Below, piece by piece: positions 1-9,443 of a stretch of DNA of 64,000 nt; the stretch's first letter is position 1; each line of letters begins with the position of its first letter. A program made the position numbers and the translations under genes. The stretch comes from an uncultured candidate division Zixibacteria bacterium. GTDB taxonomy: Bacteria; Zixibacteria; MSB-5A5; GN15; FEB-12. The notes under the pieces were generated by a model. The model made no database searches, was not told the origin of the DNA, and saw only the letters and a list, made by a program, of their open reading frames with translations. The stretch is taken from assembly GCA_963664195.1 (NCBI GenBank), contig OY760907.1:64001-128000 (forward strand). The letters are read 5' to 3'.

Positions 1-1481
1 GCACCGCTGTCTTTCAGATACAGATTTCTCCGTCCCATGAATCGGAGCACGGTGCCAAGCGTGAAGGGAGACGAGAGCGCCAGCGCACACGGGCAGGCGA
101 CAATCAACACCGCAGTGGCAGCGTTGAGGGCACGAGTGGAATCAACAGCCATCCAGAACAGGCCGGCAAAAGCCGCAACAACCAGAACCGCCGGCGTGAA
201 CCACCGGCTGGCTTGATTGGCAAGGTTCTCCAAATGCGGAGTATCCTCATCGCCGGAAGCCATCTGGGTCCAGAGTTGCATCAAATAACTTTGCGACGGC
301 AGTTTAACGACTTCGATTTCGAGGCTCTGCCCCATCTGTCGTCCGCCGGCATACAAACGCTGGCCGGAAGCAGCTTCGACGGGTTCAGCCTCGCCGGTCA
401 CAAAACTGTAGTCGATCTGGCCGTCACCGTTGATCAAAACGCCATCGGCAGGGATTAACTCACGGTTGCGCACGATAATGCGGTCGCCCGGCTCAAGATT
501 GTTCACAGGCACGGTGACTTCGCCGGTTTCCTGTTTGCGTAGCACGGCTATGGGCAGATAGGACTTGAAGTTCTTTTCAAACGACAGCGACGCGTACGTC
601 TTCTGCTGGTAAAGACGCCCGATGAGCAACAGGAACACCAATCCGCACAGGGAATCCATGTACCCGGCTTGACCGAGGATGAGAATATCATAAAGCGACC
701 GGATGAACAAAACCAGAATGCCCAGCGAAATCGGCAAATCCATATTGATAAATTTCTGCCTGACACCGGTGAAGGCTGAGCGGAAAAAGTCTGCACTTGA
801 GAAGAATATCACCGGAAGGGACAACGCTGCGTTCAGGTAATTGAAGGCGTTGCCAAGTTTCGCCTGCAAGATAGAATCGAGGCCGAGATACTCTGGAAAG
901 CTGAGCATCATGACGTTGCCGAAACAGAACCCGGCCACCGCCAGACGGGCGTACAGCTTGCGCGCGGAACGATCACGCGGGGTGGACTCGAGGTCGGCCA
1001 GCCTGATGTCCGGTTCGTAACCTATCGACACCAACATCTCGACGAGTTTGCGCAGGTTGAGCTTGTCTTCTGCGAAAGTGACAGAGACTTCGCGCCTGGG
1101 GAAATCGACCCTTGAAGCCGTTATGCCTGCATCCAGCACGAAGAGATTTTCCAGCAACCAGATACAGGAGCTGCAATGAATCTGAGGGATCGACAGGGTA
1201 ACACGGCTGACACGACCGTCGGAGAAGTCCAGCAGTTTTGCCACGATATCGTGGTCATCGAGATAGGCGAATCGCTCAAGGTGTTCGGCAGGTTTCGGTT
1301 TTAGCCCAGGACGGTCTTCCAACTGGTAGTATTCCTGGAGATCATTGTCATGCAGAAGAGCGTAGACAGTACGGCATCCGGGACAGCAGAACGCCTGACC
1401 TTCGTCCTCGGGACTTCCCGGCGGACACGGGTCGCCGCAGTGTATGCAGATCGTCTCGGTTCTTGCGTCAGACTTAGTCAT
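1..1481 (-). CDS. ccoI: Heavy-metal P1B-type ATPase, CcoI/FixI type (partial, runs off left edge)
   Basis: Not in ORF track. Manual translation from ATG at 1481: MTKSDARTETICIHCGDPC...FCCPGCRTVYALL (FixI-type N-terminal Cys domain), HCSSC HMA motif, DYSFVTGE actuator motif, VLIVACPCAL membrane CPC motif. Confidence 0.88.
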   Translation of the reverse strand, partial: MTKSDARTETICIHCGDPCPPGSPEDEGQAFCCPGCRTVYALLHDNDLQEYYQLEDRPGLKPKPAEHLERFAYLDDHDIVAKLLDFSDGRVSRVTLSIPQIHCSSCIWLLENLFVLDAGITASRVDFPRREVSVTFAEDKLNLRKLVEMLVSIGYEPDIRLADLESTPRDRSARKLYARLAVAGFCFGNVMMLSFPEYLGLDSILQAKLGNAFNYLNAALSLPVIFFSSADFFRSAFTGVRQKFINMDLPISLGILVLFIRSLYDILILGQAGYMDSLCGLVFLLLIGRLYQQKTYASLSFEKNFKSYLPIAVLRKQETGEVTVPVNNLEPGDRIIVRNRELIPADGVLINGDGQIDYSFVTGEAEPVEAASGQRLYAGGRQMGQSLEIEVVKLPSQSYLMQLWTQMASGDEDTPHLENLANQASRWFTPAVLVVAAFAGLFWMAVDSTRALNAATAVLIVACPCALALSSPFTLGTVLRFMGRRNLYLKDSG

Positions 1482-1572
1482 TCATTCCCTGCTGCCGGCA
1501 GTCCCATGCCGGATCATTCCGTTCACTCTCGAGAGTGGCCCACTGCAGTCAATCGACTGACAAAACCACACC

Positions 1573-1601
1573 ATTTTAATGGTGGCGGAACAGCGAATCA
1601 A
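1573..1601 (-). promoter_or_regulatory. Putative sigma70 promoter of ccoI
   Basis: Minus strand TTGATT-N17-TAAAAT, ~90 bp upstream of ATG. Confidence 0.5.
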
Positions 1602-1810
1602 ATACAACACAAAAAAAACAACAGTTGTCGCGTGGGCCCACGTTCCGCATGAATATATAGAGGTCTAACGCCGGTCGCAAGTCGCCGGTTCCGGAACATT
1701 AAACCGGTGTAATCGCCCCATTGCCAGGGGATTTCGGCGTTATCACATATCGCCACACGGGAGACCCTTCGTCCCCTTTTATCGCCAAGGTCCCCCGATG
1801 CCACAATAGG

Positions 1811-2236
1811 CTACCCAGACTCGTTTTTTGACTCAAGATTCAGCAGGCGCATGCACTCACAGCGTTGGAAACCAAACTTCTCGTAGAGCCCATGAGCATC
1901 AAGAGTTGCAAGTAGCTTCTGGGTCACGTCCGCCGCCGGGTGCTCTAGTGCGCAGACAAACATCCACTCCCCCAGTTTGCGTCCCCGGTAATCAGCATGC
2001 ACGAAAACGTCACATATCCAGGCAAAGGTAACGAAATCGCTGACAATGCGAGTGAAGCCCACGGGGCGATCCCTGTCAAAAAGACTGAGCATCACGGATG
2101 CCCTCACCGACTCCTCGACTATGTCCTGCGGGCGGACTTTGGCCCAATAGGTCGTGCGCAGCGATTCACCGACGAACTCCATGTCCACAACTGATTGGTC
2201 ATCGGTGAGCCAGAATTCTTCTCGCGTCCACTTCAT
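1811..2236 (-). CDS. GNAT family N-acetyltransferase
   Basis: 141 aa; FAWICDVFVHADYRGRKLG acetyl-CoA motif A, AHGLYEKFGF motif B. Confidence 0.9.
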   Translation of the reverse strand: MKWTREEFWLTDDQSVVDMEFVGESLRTTYWAKVRPQDIVEESVRASVMLSLFDRDRPVGFTRIVSDFVTFAWICDVFVHADYRGRKLGEWMFVCALEHPAADVTQKLLATLDAHGLYEKFGFQRCECMRLLNLESKNESG

Positions 2237-2398
2237 CTGTCGTTCCCTTTGAGCCTCGGAGAGCGGCCCCAGGAGCCGCTTTCCCCGTCATAGCCAATAT
2301 CGATATCCTCGAAAGATAGCGAAAGCCACACGGTAGACGCAATCTTCAAACGTCCATGACCGGCGTGTGATAGCTCTACGGGGGCGCCATCGTTCCAA

Positions 2399-2428
2399 TT
2401 GACAGACCCCCTTTGAGTTAACTAAATT
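2399..2428 (+). promoter_or_regulatory. Putative sigma70 promoter of the export operon
   Basis: TTGACA-N18-TAAATT; AGTTAACT palindrome in the spacer. Confidence 0.45.
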
Positions 2429-2523
2429 AAAGGCTGTCGACCAAAGATGAAACAAACAGCGATCTGGAGTTGTCCAATTTAAGACACCGGACCTCAATGC
2501 AACCGGGAAAAAAGAGGACGAGC

Positions 2524-3435
2524 TTGCAAATAACGATTCGTGGCCTGAATAAGCAGTATTCCGGTGGTAAATATGCCCTCAGGGATGTCGATCTTGAGAT
2601 CGGCAACGGCCTGTTCGGCCTGCTGGGGCCAAACGGTGCCGGCAAAACAACCCTCATGCGTATCCTCGTAACGCTGCTTCGCCCAAGCTCCGGCGAAGTT
2701 CTCGTTGACGGCATGGACATCCAAAAACACCGCAAGAAGATACGCAAGATGATAGGCTACCTGCCGCAGGAGTTCAGCACCTTCTCCAAACTGGCAGTGT
2801 GGGAATTCCTCGATTATGCCGGTGCCCTCTCCGGAGTGAAGTCGAAAAAGGATCGGATGAAGAAAGTCGATCAATTGCTGGAGGACGTGGGGTTGTTCGA
2901 CGTTCGTGACCGCCAGGCGGGCAAGCTCTCCGGCGGCATGAAACGACGGCTTGGTATTGCCCAGACGCTGGTCGGTGATCCGAGAATCATGGTAGTCGAT
3001 GAACCGACAGTCGGTTTGGATCCCCATGAAAGACTCCGCTTCCGCAATCTTATGGCTGACCTATCGAAAAACGAGATTATCATTATCCTCTCAACACACA
3101 TAGTGGGGGATATTTCTTCCACCTGCACCGACATGGCCCTGTTGAATCTGGGGAAGATCGGTTTCAAGGGATCGCCCGACAAACTCGTGACAGGCGCCAG
3201 GGGCAAAGTCTGGAATGTAACCGCCACCGACCTCGAACTGGACAAACTTCGCGAAACCTACCCGGTCATTTCCTCGGTGCCGTCGACAACCGGGTACGAG
3301 CTGCGGGTCGTGGCGGACGAAGTGGGCGGTCGAACGGCCGTACAGGTGGAACCGAATCTGGAAGACGCGTACATTTACTTCATGCAGTCGCTGGGGTATG
3401 ACATGAACCTTGAATCCGACGGCAGCGGCTGGTAG
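2524..3435 (+). CDS. ABC transporter ATP-binding protein (ABC-2/CcmA-like)
   Basis: GPNGAGKTT, YLPQEF, LSGGMKRR, VVDEPT, STH. TTG at 2524 chosen after GAGGA RBS (ORF track opens at 2470). Confidence 0.93.
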   Translation: MQITIRGLNKQYSGGKYALRDVDLEIGNGLFGLLGPNGAGKTTLMRILVTLLRPSSGEVLVDGMDIQKHRKKIRKMIGYLPQEFSTFSKLAVWEFLDYAGALSGVKSKKDRMKKVDQLLEDVGLFDVRDRQAGKLSGGMKRRLGIAQTLVGDPRIMVVDEPTVGLDPHERLRFRNLMADLSKNEIIIILSTHIVGDISSTCTDMALLNLGKIGFKGSPDKLVTGARGKVWNVTATDLELDKLRETYPVISSVPSTTGYELRVVADEVGGRTAVQVEPNLEDAYIYFMQSLGYDMNLESDGSGW

Positions 3436-3456
3436 CGCCCGGGAGGCAGATCCGAC

Positions 3457-6400
3457 ATGAGTCTTTTTTCTATTTGGACAGTCGCCCGGTACGAAGCCAA
3501 ACTGCTTCTGCGGTCGTGGGCCTTTCGCATTTTCTCGGGACTTGCACTCTTGTTCATCGGCATGATGGACCTGGTAATGGGCACCGACATTGGAAACACG
3601 CCACACTTCCTGACGGCCCTGTCAAGCGCTCTTCCGTTGATGAACGTCAAGTTCCTGAACGTATATCAGGGAGTGATTGCAGCTTTTCTCGCCACGGAAT
3701 TCGTGAAGCGGGATCGGCGGCACGACACGACTCAAGTAATCTTCACACGCTCGTTTTCGAACATGGAATACGTGCTCGGCAAGGTGCTGGGCATTCTTGT
3801 GGTTTTTGCGGTGCTGAGTTGCACTGTTTTTCTATTCGGCTTCATTATACACGCTTTCTTCTCTCCGATGCCGTTTGCATGGGAACCCTGGTTGCTGTTC
3901 CCGATCTTCATCAGCCTGACAACGCTGGTGTTTGTGATCGGAGCATCGCTGCTTCTCGTTACGGTCCTTCGGGTGCAGGCCCTGGCATTCGTGATCATGC
4001 TTGGCTACTCGCTGGTGTCACTGATCTACCTCGGACCGAAATACCACCAGATATTCGATGTCTACGCCTTCCACCAGCCGATGATCTTCTCGGACTTTGT
4101 CGGCCTGACCAACTTGACTGATATCCTGCTGCTCCGAGGAGCCTATTTCCTGGTGGGGCTGGGTTTCATAGCGGTGACCGTGTTTCTGATGCCGAGACTC
4201 AGACAGTCAGCGGTCGCGAACACCGGCGCAGCTGCGGTTGGAGCGATCAGTCTGGCGGCAAGCGTCCTGCTGGCGGTTGTGTATTTCACGGGTCAAATGT
4301 CCAACGGCGCGTACCGTCAGGAACTCCGTGAGACCAGTTCGAGCGTCACCGACGCAGCACGAGTGAACATTATTGACTACGATATTGATTTCTCGTGGTC
4401 CGGTAACCGAATGGCAGCGACAGCCAAAATAACGGCGGTCAACAATACGTCCTCCCCACTGGACAAATTCCTGTTGACGCTGAATCCGGGACTGACAGTG
4501 ACCTCAGAGTCAGAGCTGGCGAGCGTGGAACAGGATCATCATCTTGTTTACGTTACTCCTCGACAGCCACTGAAACCGCAGGACACGCTCCAGCTAACTC
4601 TCGGATACCAAGGTGTGCCGGATGATCGCTACGGTTATTTGGACGTTCCCGACGACAGGTACAACGATCTCTACCGGATATGGGTGTGCCTGATTCCCAA
4701 GCGATATGGATTCGTTAGCGATGACTATGTGCACCTCACTCACGAGTTGGGCTGGTATCCGATTGCGGGGCTGCCGACCGGCGCGAGTTATCCGTCTGCA
4801 ATGTTTCAGGACTTCTCCAACTATCACCTGACCGTATCCGTTCCTGGCGGCCTGACGGCTATCTCTCAGGGCATGCCGGCGGTGACTGAATCGGGCGTAC
4901 AGACCAGATACAGTTTCACCACAGAAAAGCCCCTGAACCAGATATCGCTCACTATTGGTGAGTACGAAAAACGCGAGATAGAGGTTGATAGCGTATCTTA
5001 TGCCCTTTACAGCACGCCGGGACATGACTATTTCGAGAAGTATTTCACCGATGTCGCCGACACGCTTCCGCAAGTCATCAGAGGTCTTCGCAATGAATAT
5101 GAGGTAGCGCTGGGGTTGGAGTATGACTTCCCTCGTCTTTCAGTGGTTGAGGTCCCGATCCAGTTCTACAGCTATGACAGACAGTGGACCACAGCGCAGG
5201 AGATGGTGCAGCCGGAAATAGTCTGTCTTCCCGAAGTTGGCACGATTTGTTCCGGGTCTGATTTCAAAAGACAGGAAGACCGGGCCGACTGGGACCAGGA
5301 ACGCAACAATCAACTTGAGAGTCCGCGACAGATTCAGGCGGGGTATTTCACTAATTTCGCCAAGTATGACCTCCTGGGTATGCAGGTGGCTACCTGGGGA
5401 CTGCGCCGTGAGTCAAGTATCGAGCCCAATTTCGAGATATTGCCGATGCTGGTCTCGTATCGCACGGGTATCTCGTCAACGAAGTGGCCGCTGTTGAATT
5501 TCGCGTTCGAATCACACTTCCAGGGACGGGTGTCGCCGCCTGAGAACACCCGGATTCGCCGCTGGGTAGGACTGACCGAGCCGGAAAAGGCCAATCTCCT
5601 GCTGAGAGAGAAGTCGCTCAAGGAAGTGATGCAGGGGCAATCGTCTGACGCAGCGGTCACTTTGAGCGCCATCAGGTGCAAAGGGAGTTACCTGCTCACG
5701 CTGGTGGAAGCGAAACTCAGGGACGAGCATTTCGCCAGAGATATGACCGACTTTCTGATCGCAAATCGCGGTCGCCAGATATCAGACTCGGAGTTCACTG
5801 ACATGCTGGCCACTATAGGAGACGTGGACCTCGGTTCGCTCGTGGAGGCATGGTACAGTGACAAGTCCCTGCCCGGGTACATAGTGGAGAATGTCGAGGC
5901 GTACAATGTGCTCGATGGTGAACGGACTCGCACGCAGGTAAAATTCCGTATCAGCAACCCGACCGAGGTCGACGGAGCCGTGGAATTGAGTTTCCGGTAT
6001 CGCCAGATGGATCGAGGGCGTCGGCGTTTCGGTCGCGGGTCGGACATGGCGGACTACACACAGATGCTGCCCATGCCGGAAAAGACCGTCAAGACCGTCG
6101 GACTGCTTTTTGACAGCCAGATTGCAGAGATGTCGGTAGAGACTTTCGTATCGCAGAACCTTCCGAAAGTACTGATTACGCGTTTTCGGGAGCAGAAACT
6201 TCGACGGGAAGAACAGCCCACTGACGAGATACTCGCCACGTCGATCGCGGATGAACCGGTCTCGACGGATACGTCCGCAGTGGTTGACAACGAGGATGAC
6301 GGATTTTCTATAGTCAATTTCGTCCAACCGAACTGGCTTAGGAAAACCATGATGAGCTTTTTTGACGAAGAGAGCGACAACACACCCTATGTCGCCATGC

Positions 6401-6822
6401 GAACCTATGACGCCCCGAGTTCCTGGGAGCCGACCACAGACGAGGAGTTCTACGGCAGGTTCGTGCGTTCGGCCTACTTCAAGCGGGCGGGCGACGGACA
6501 GAACAAAGTGATGTGGGAGACCGACCTCCTGTCCACGGGCGACTACGACGTGTACTACTTCGCACAGGAAAGCCGCAGACCTCCGGGAGGACGAGGCAGG
6601 CGCAATCCGGGATGGGAACCCCCTACAGAAAAAGAAAAGCATTTTGCCGTGTACCATGATAACGGGGTGGAGGAAGTCACGCTGGACCCGGAGTACGCCG
6701 AGCAGGGCTGGAATTACCTGGGAACGTTCAGATTGTCCGAGGGTGAGACTAAGGTCGAGCTGACAGATCAAAACGAAGGCCAATTCGTAACGGCCGACGC
6801 AGTCAAGTGGGTATTGCGATAG
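3457..6822 (+). CDS. ABC-2-type permease fused to M1-aminopeptidase-like fold and C-terminal golvesin/xanthan-lyase-CBD-like domain
   Basis: ~7 N-terminal TM segments; WYP motif and M1-like beta region; C-terminal GDYDVYY...GWNYLGTF...ADAVKW; GGAGG RBS. Confidence 0.75.
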   Translation: MSLFSIWTVARYEAKLLLRSWAFRIFSGLALLFIGMMDLVMGTDIGNTPHFLTALSSALPLMNVKFLNVYQGVIAAFLATEFVKRDRRHDTTQVIFTRSFSNMEYVLGKVLGILVVFAVLSCTVFLFGFIIHAFFSPMPFAWEPWLLFPIFISLTTLVFVIGASLLLVTVLRVQALAFVIMLGYSLVSLIYLGPKYHQIFDVYAFHQPMIFSDFVGLTNLTDILLLRGAYFLVGLGFIAVTVFLMPRLRQSAVANTGAAAVGAISLAASVLLAVVYFTGQMSNGAYRQELRETSSSVTDAARVNIIDYDIDFSWSGNRMAATAKITAVNNTSSPLDKFLLTLNPGLTVTSESELASVEQDHHLVYVTPRQPLKPQDTLQLTLGYQGVPDDRYGYLDVPDDRYNDLYRIWVCLIPKRYGFVSDDYVHLTHELGWYPIAGLPTGASYPSAMFQDFSNYHLTVSVPGGLTAISQGMPAVTESGVQTRYSFTTEKPLNQISLTIGEYEKREIEVDSVSYALYSTPGHDYFEKYFTDVADTLPQVIRGLRNEYEVALGLEYDFPRLSVVEVPIQFYSYDRQWTTAQEMVQPEIVCLPEVGTICSGSDFKRQEDRADWDQERNNQLESPRQIQAGYFTNFAKYDLLGMQVATWGLRRESSIEPNFEILPMLVSYRTGISSTKWPLLNFAFESHFQGRVSPPENTRIRRWVGLTEPEKANLLLREKSLKEVMQGQSSDAAVTLSAIRCKGSYLLTLVEAKLRDEHFARDMTDFLIANRGRQISDSEFTDMLATIGDVDLGSLVEAWYSDKSLPGYIVENVEAYNVLDGERTRTQVKFRISNPTEVDGAVELSFRYRQMDRGRRRFGRGSDMADYTQMLPMPEKTVKTVGLLFDSQIAEMSVETFVSQNLPKVLITRFREQKLRREEQPTDEILATSIADEPVSTDTSAVVDNEDDGFSIVNFVQPNWLRKTMMSFFDEESDNTPYVAMRTYDAPSSWEPTTDEEFYGRFVRSAYFKRAGDGQNKVMWETDLLSTGDYDVYYFAQESRRPPGGRGRRNPGWEPPTEKEKHFAVYHDNGVEEVTLDPEYAEQGWNYLGTFRLSEGETKVELTDQNEGQFVTADAVKWVLR

Positions 6823-6850
6823 GCGGAAGCTTACAAATGGAGACATTTCG

Positions 6851-8359
6851 TTGAATAAACTGACAAAAACACGACCGAAACAGACGAATCTAACACGTAC
6901 GCTCTGTACGGCACTATTGGCTGTATTCGTCTATGTGGCTTGCGGGTCGATAGCAGCAGAAACTCTCACATTGGACCAGGCGCTGCAAATCGCGTTTGAG
7001 CAGTCACCAACCATGCGCCAGGCCGGACTGAATCTTGAGACGAATCATCGGAATCTCAGAGCACAGCAGGCAGCATTGAAATCGCAGTTCAGTTTGACGT
7101 TGACGCCGTTTGCTTACTCCAAGAACCAGCAATTCGACGATTACTATGCGAAGTATTACAATAGCGAACAGACCAGCTCATCGGCGCTCTTCTCCATCGT
7201 ACAGCCATTGAAATGGACAGACGGTTCCCTGAGCGTGAATAACGAAGTGAAGTGGCAGGAGGCGTCTTCAGAGTCGGCTTTCAGCGACGGAAAGCAGACC
7301 ACGTACAGCAATCAGTTGTCTCTCAACCTCAACCAACCGCTGTTCACCTACAATCGCACGAAGCTGACATTGAAAGAGCTGGAGCTTTCGCTTGAGAACG
7401 CACAACTCAGTTACGCAATACAGAAGTTGCAGGTCGAGAGTCGTGTCACAGAGCAGTTCCTCCAATTGTACTTCTACCAGCGCAACGTTCAGATCGGCAA
7501 AGAGGAACTGACCAACGCCCGTGAGAGCTACGAGATCATCAAGAGCAAAGTCGACGCCGGCATTTCCGCTCCGGAAGAGCTGTACCAGGCCGATCTGACT
7601 CAGACTACAAGCCGCGGATCACTTGAGAACAAGCAACTCTCTTATGAAGATGCGCTCGACAACTTCAAGATATTGCTCGGAAGATCCCTCGACGACGAGC
7701 TGGATGTAGAAGCCGATGTTCAACGCCTGGTGGTGACGATCAACCTTGCCGAGGCGATTAATCACGGCCTGCTGTACCGCATGGAACTTCGCCAGAAAGA
7801 CATTGATATCCAGTACGCCCTGAATGACCTGATCCGCACCGGCGCGCAGAATGAGTTCAAGGGTTCGATCGATCTGTCATACGGGCTTGTCGGCACCGAC
7901 GAATCTTTTGGCAATATGTATGACTCGCCCGAAAAGAATCAGTCGGTATCAATCAACCTGAATATCCCCCTGTTCGACTGGGGCGAAAAGAAGCATCGTC
8001 TGGCCGCCAGCGAGGCGCAGGTGGAGAGCAGCCGCATCTCTGCTGCCGAGCAGGAGAAACAGATCATATACGAAGTCCGGCAAGCGTATCGCAATCTGCT
8101 CAATCAGGAAACACAGATTGAGATCGCACAGAAGAATGTCGAGAACGCCCGGCTTACCTATGAGATTAATCTTGAGCGGTATAAGAACGGTGATCTGACC
8201 TCGAAAGATATCAGCTTCTACCAGAACCAGCTGTCGAGCGAACAGCTCAGCGAGGTCTCAGCCTTGATAAACTACCAGGTGGCGCTATTGGATCTGAAGA
8301 TCCGCACTCTCTGGGATTTTGAAAAAAACCTGCCCGTCATAAATCAGAATCAGGAGTAG
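6851..8359 (+). CDS. TolC family outer membrane efflux protein
   Basis: Signal peptide, LTLDQALQIA, LNQPLF / LNIPLFDWG repeats, coiled-coil halves. Confidence 0.9.
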   Translation: MNKLTKTRPKQTNLTRTLCTALLAVFVYVACGSIAAETLTLDQALQIAFEQSPTMRQAGLNLETNHRNLRAQQAALKSQFSLTLTPFAYSKNQQFDDYYAKYYNSEQTSSSALFSIVQPLKWTDGSLSVNNEVKWQEASSESAFSDGKQTTYSNQLSLNLNQPLFTYNRTKLTLKELELSLENAQLSYAIQKLQVESRVTEQFLQLYFYQRNVQIGKEELTNARESYEIIKSKVDAGISAPEELYQADLTQTTSRGSLENKQLSYEDALDNFKILLGRSLDDELDVEADVQRLVVTINLAEAINHGLLYRMELRQKDIDIQYALNDLIRTGAQNEFKGSIDLSYGLVGTDESFGNMYDSPEKNQSVSINLNIPLFDWGEKKHRLAASEAQVESSRISAAEQEKQIIYEVRQAYRNLLNQETQIEIAQKNVENARLTYEINLERYKNGDLTSKDISFYQNQLSSEQLSEVSALINYQVALLDLKIRTLWDFEKNLPVINQNQE

Positions 8360-8363
8360 ACGA

Positions 8364-9422
8364 GTGAGACTCACACAGTTTTCTTTTCTTTTCGTAGCCA
8401 TGGCCCTTATGCTGGCAGGTTGTGGCAACGACGGTCCCGATGTCGATGTCGAGTCGGCGATTCCGGTCAGGATCGAACAGGTGACCAAGCAACCGATGAG
8501 GGCGTACGCATTTGCCACAGGCACGGTTCTTGCAGCCAACGATGCCACGCTCACGGCACTTCAATCCGGCTACTATCGCCCTCAGACCAACCCGCGTACC
8601 GGCAAACCATTTGCCATGGGCGACAAGGTGAAACAGGGCGAGGCAATTGTCGTTTTCCTCAACCCGGAGTTCGAGTACTCGGTTGCGTTTGATTCCAAGA
8701 AACTCAACTACGAAATGTCACAAAGCGAGTTCGAGAAGCAGAAGAGCATCTACGACAAGGGCGGCATTACTCTCAGAGAATTGACCGATGCCGAGCGGAC
8801 GGCGATCGATGCTCGCTACGCGTACGATAACGCCACAATTCAGCTAGCCAAACTGAAGATAGTCGCGCCGTTCGACGGCTTTATTGTCGACCTGCCGTAT
8901 TTCAGCAAGAACCAGCTTGTCGAGGCCGGCTCGCTGATAGCGCAAGTGATGGACTACTCAACACTCCACTCGGATATCACCCTCCCCGGCAGTGAAATGG
9001 GACAGGTGAAACCGGATCAACAAGCGCTGATCACAAACTACAACAAACCGGACGACACGCTGATCGGCAGAGTCACTCAGGTCTCCCCTGCCCTCGACCC
9101 GGACAGCCGCATGTTTAAGGTCGCACTCGAGGTTGCCAACGATGATCTCCTGCTGCGCGCCGGTATGTTTGTCAAGATCGATATCATTGTTGAGGAAAAA
9201 GACTCTACGCTGGTTATTCCCAAGGATATCATCCTGGACAACCGGGGGAACAAGCAGGTATTCGTTGTTCAGAAGGGTGTTGCTGCCGAGCGGACGCTTG
9301 AAACAGGGCTGTCGAACCGGACCGACATCGAGGTGATCGGCGGCCTGGAAGAGAACGACCAACTGGTGGTCGAGGGATTCGAGACTCTCCGGGATCGTTC
9401 CCGAGTCAAGGTAGTGAAGTAA
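8364..9422 (+). CDS. RND periplasmic adaptor (MFP), lipoprotein
   Basis: LAGC lipobox, IVAPFDG, VSPALDPDSR, LRAGMF. Confidence 0.92.
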   Translation: MRLTQFSFLFVAMALMLAGCGNDGPDVDVESAIPVRIEQVTKQPMRAYAFATGTVLAANDATLTALQSGYYRPQTNPRTGKPFAMGDKVKQGEAIVVFLNPEFEYSVAFDSKKLNYEMSQSEFEKQKSIYDKGGITLRELTDAERTAIDARYAYDNATIQLAKLKIVAPFDGFIVDLPYFSKNQLVEAGSLIAQVMDYSTLHSDITLPGSEMGQVKPDQQALITNYNKPDDTLIGRVTQVSPALDPDSRMFKVALEVANDDLLLRAGMFVKIDIIVEEKDSTLVIPKDIILDNRGNKQVFVVQKGVAAERTLETGLSNRTDIEVIGGLEENDQLVVEGFETLRDRSRVKVVK

Positions 9423-9443
9423 CCCGACGCAGGCGCAGTATAG

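Noticed and set aside
2262..2280. AGCGGC..GCCGCT hairpin upstream of the GNAT gene as a riboswitch or attenuator
   Set aside because: Short stem, no U-tract on the coding strand, no leader ORF or aptamer recognised
4732..4760. HLTHELGW as a zinc-peptidase motif
   Set aside because: HELGW is not HEXXH and lies in the WYP beta region, not the catalytic helix
5782..6846. Long antisense ORFs (also 51023-51997, 29852-30619, 57319-58107, 45081-45830)
   Set aside because: Shadow frames of well-supported genes in GC-rich DNA, with no motifs
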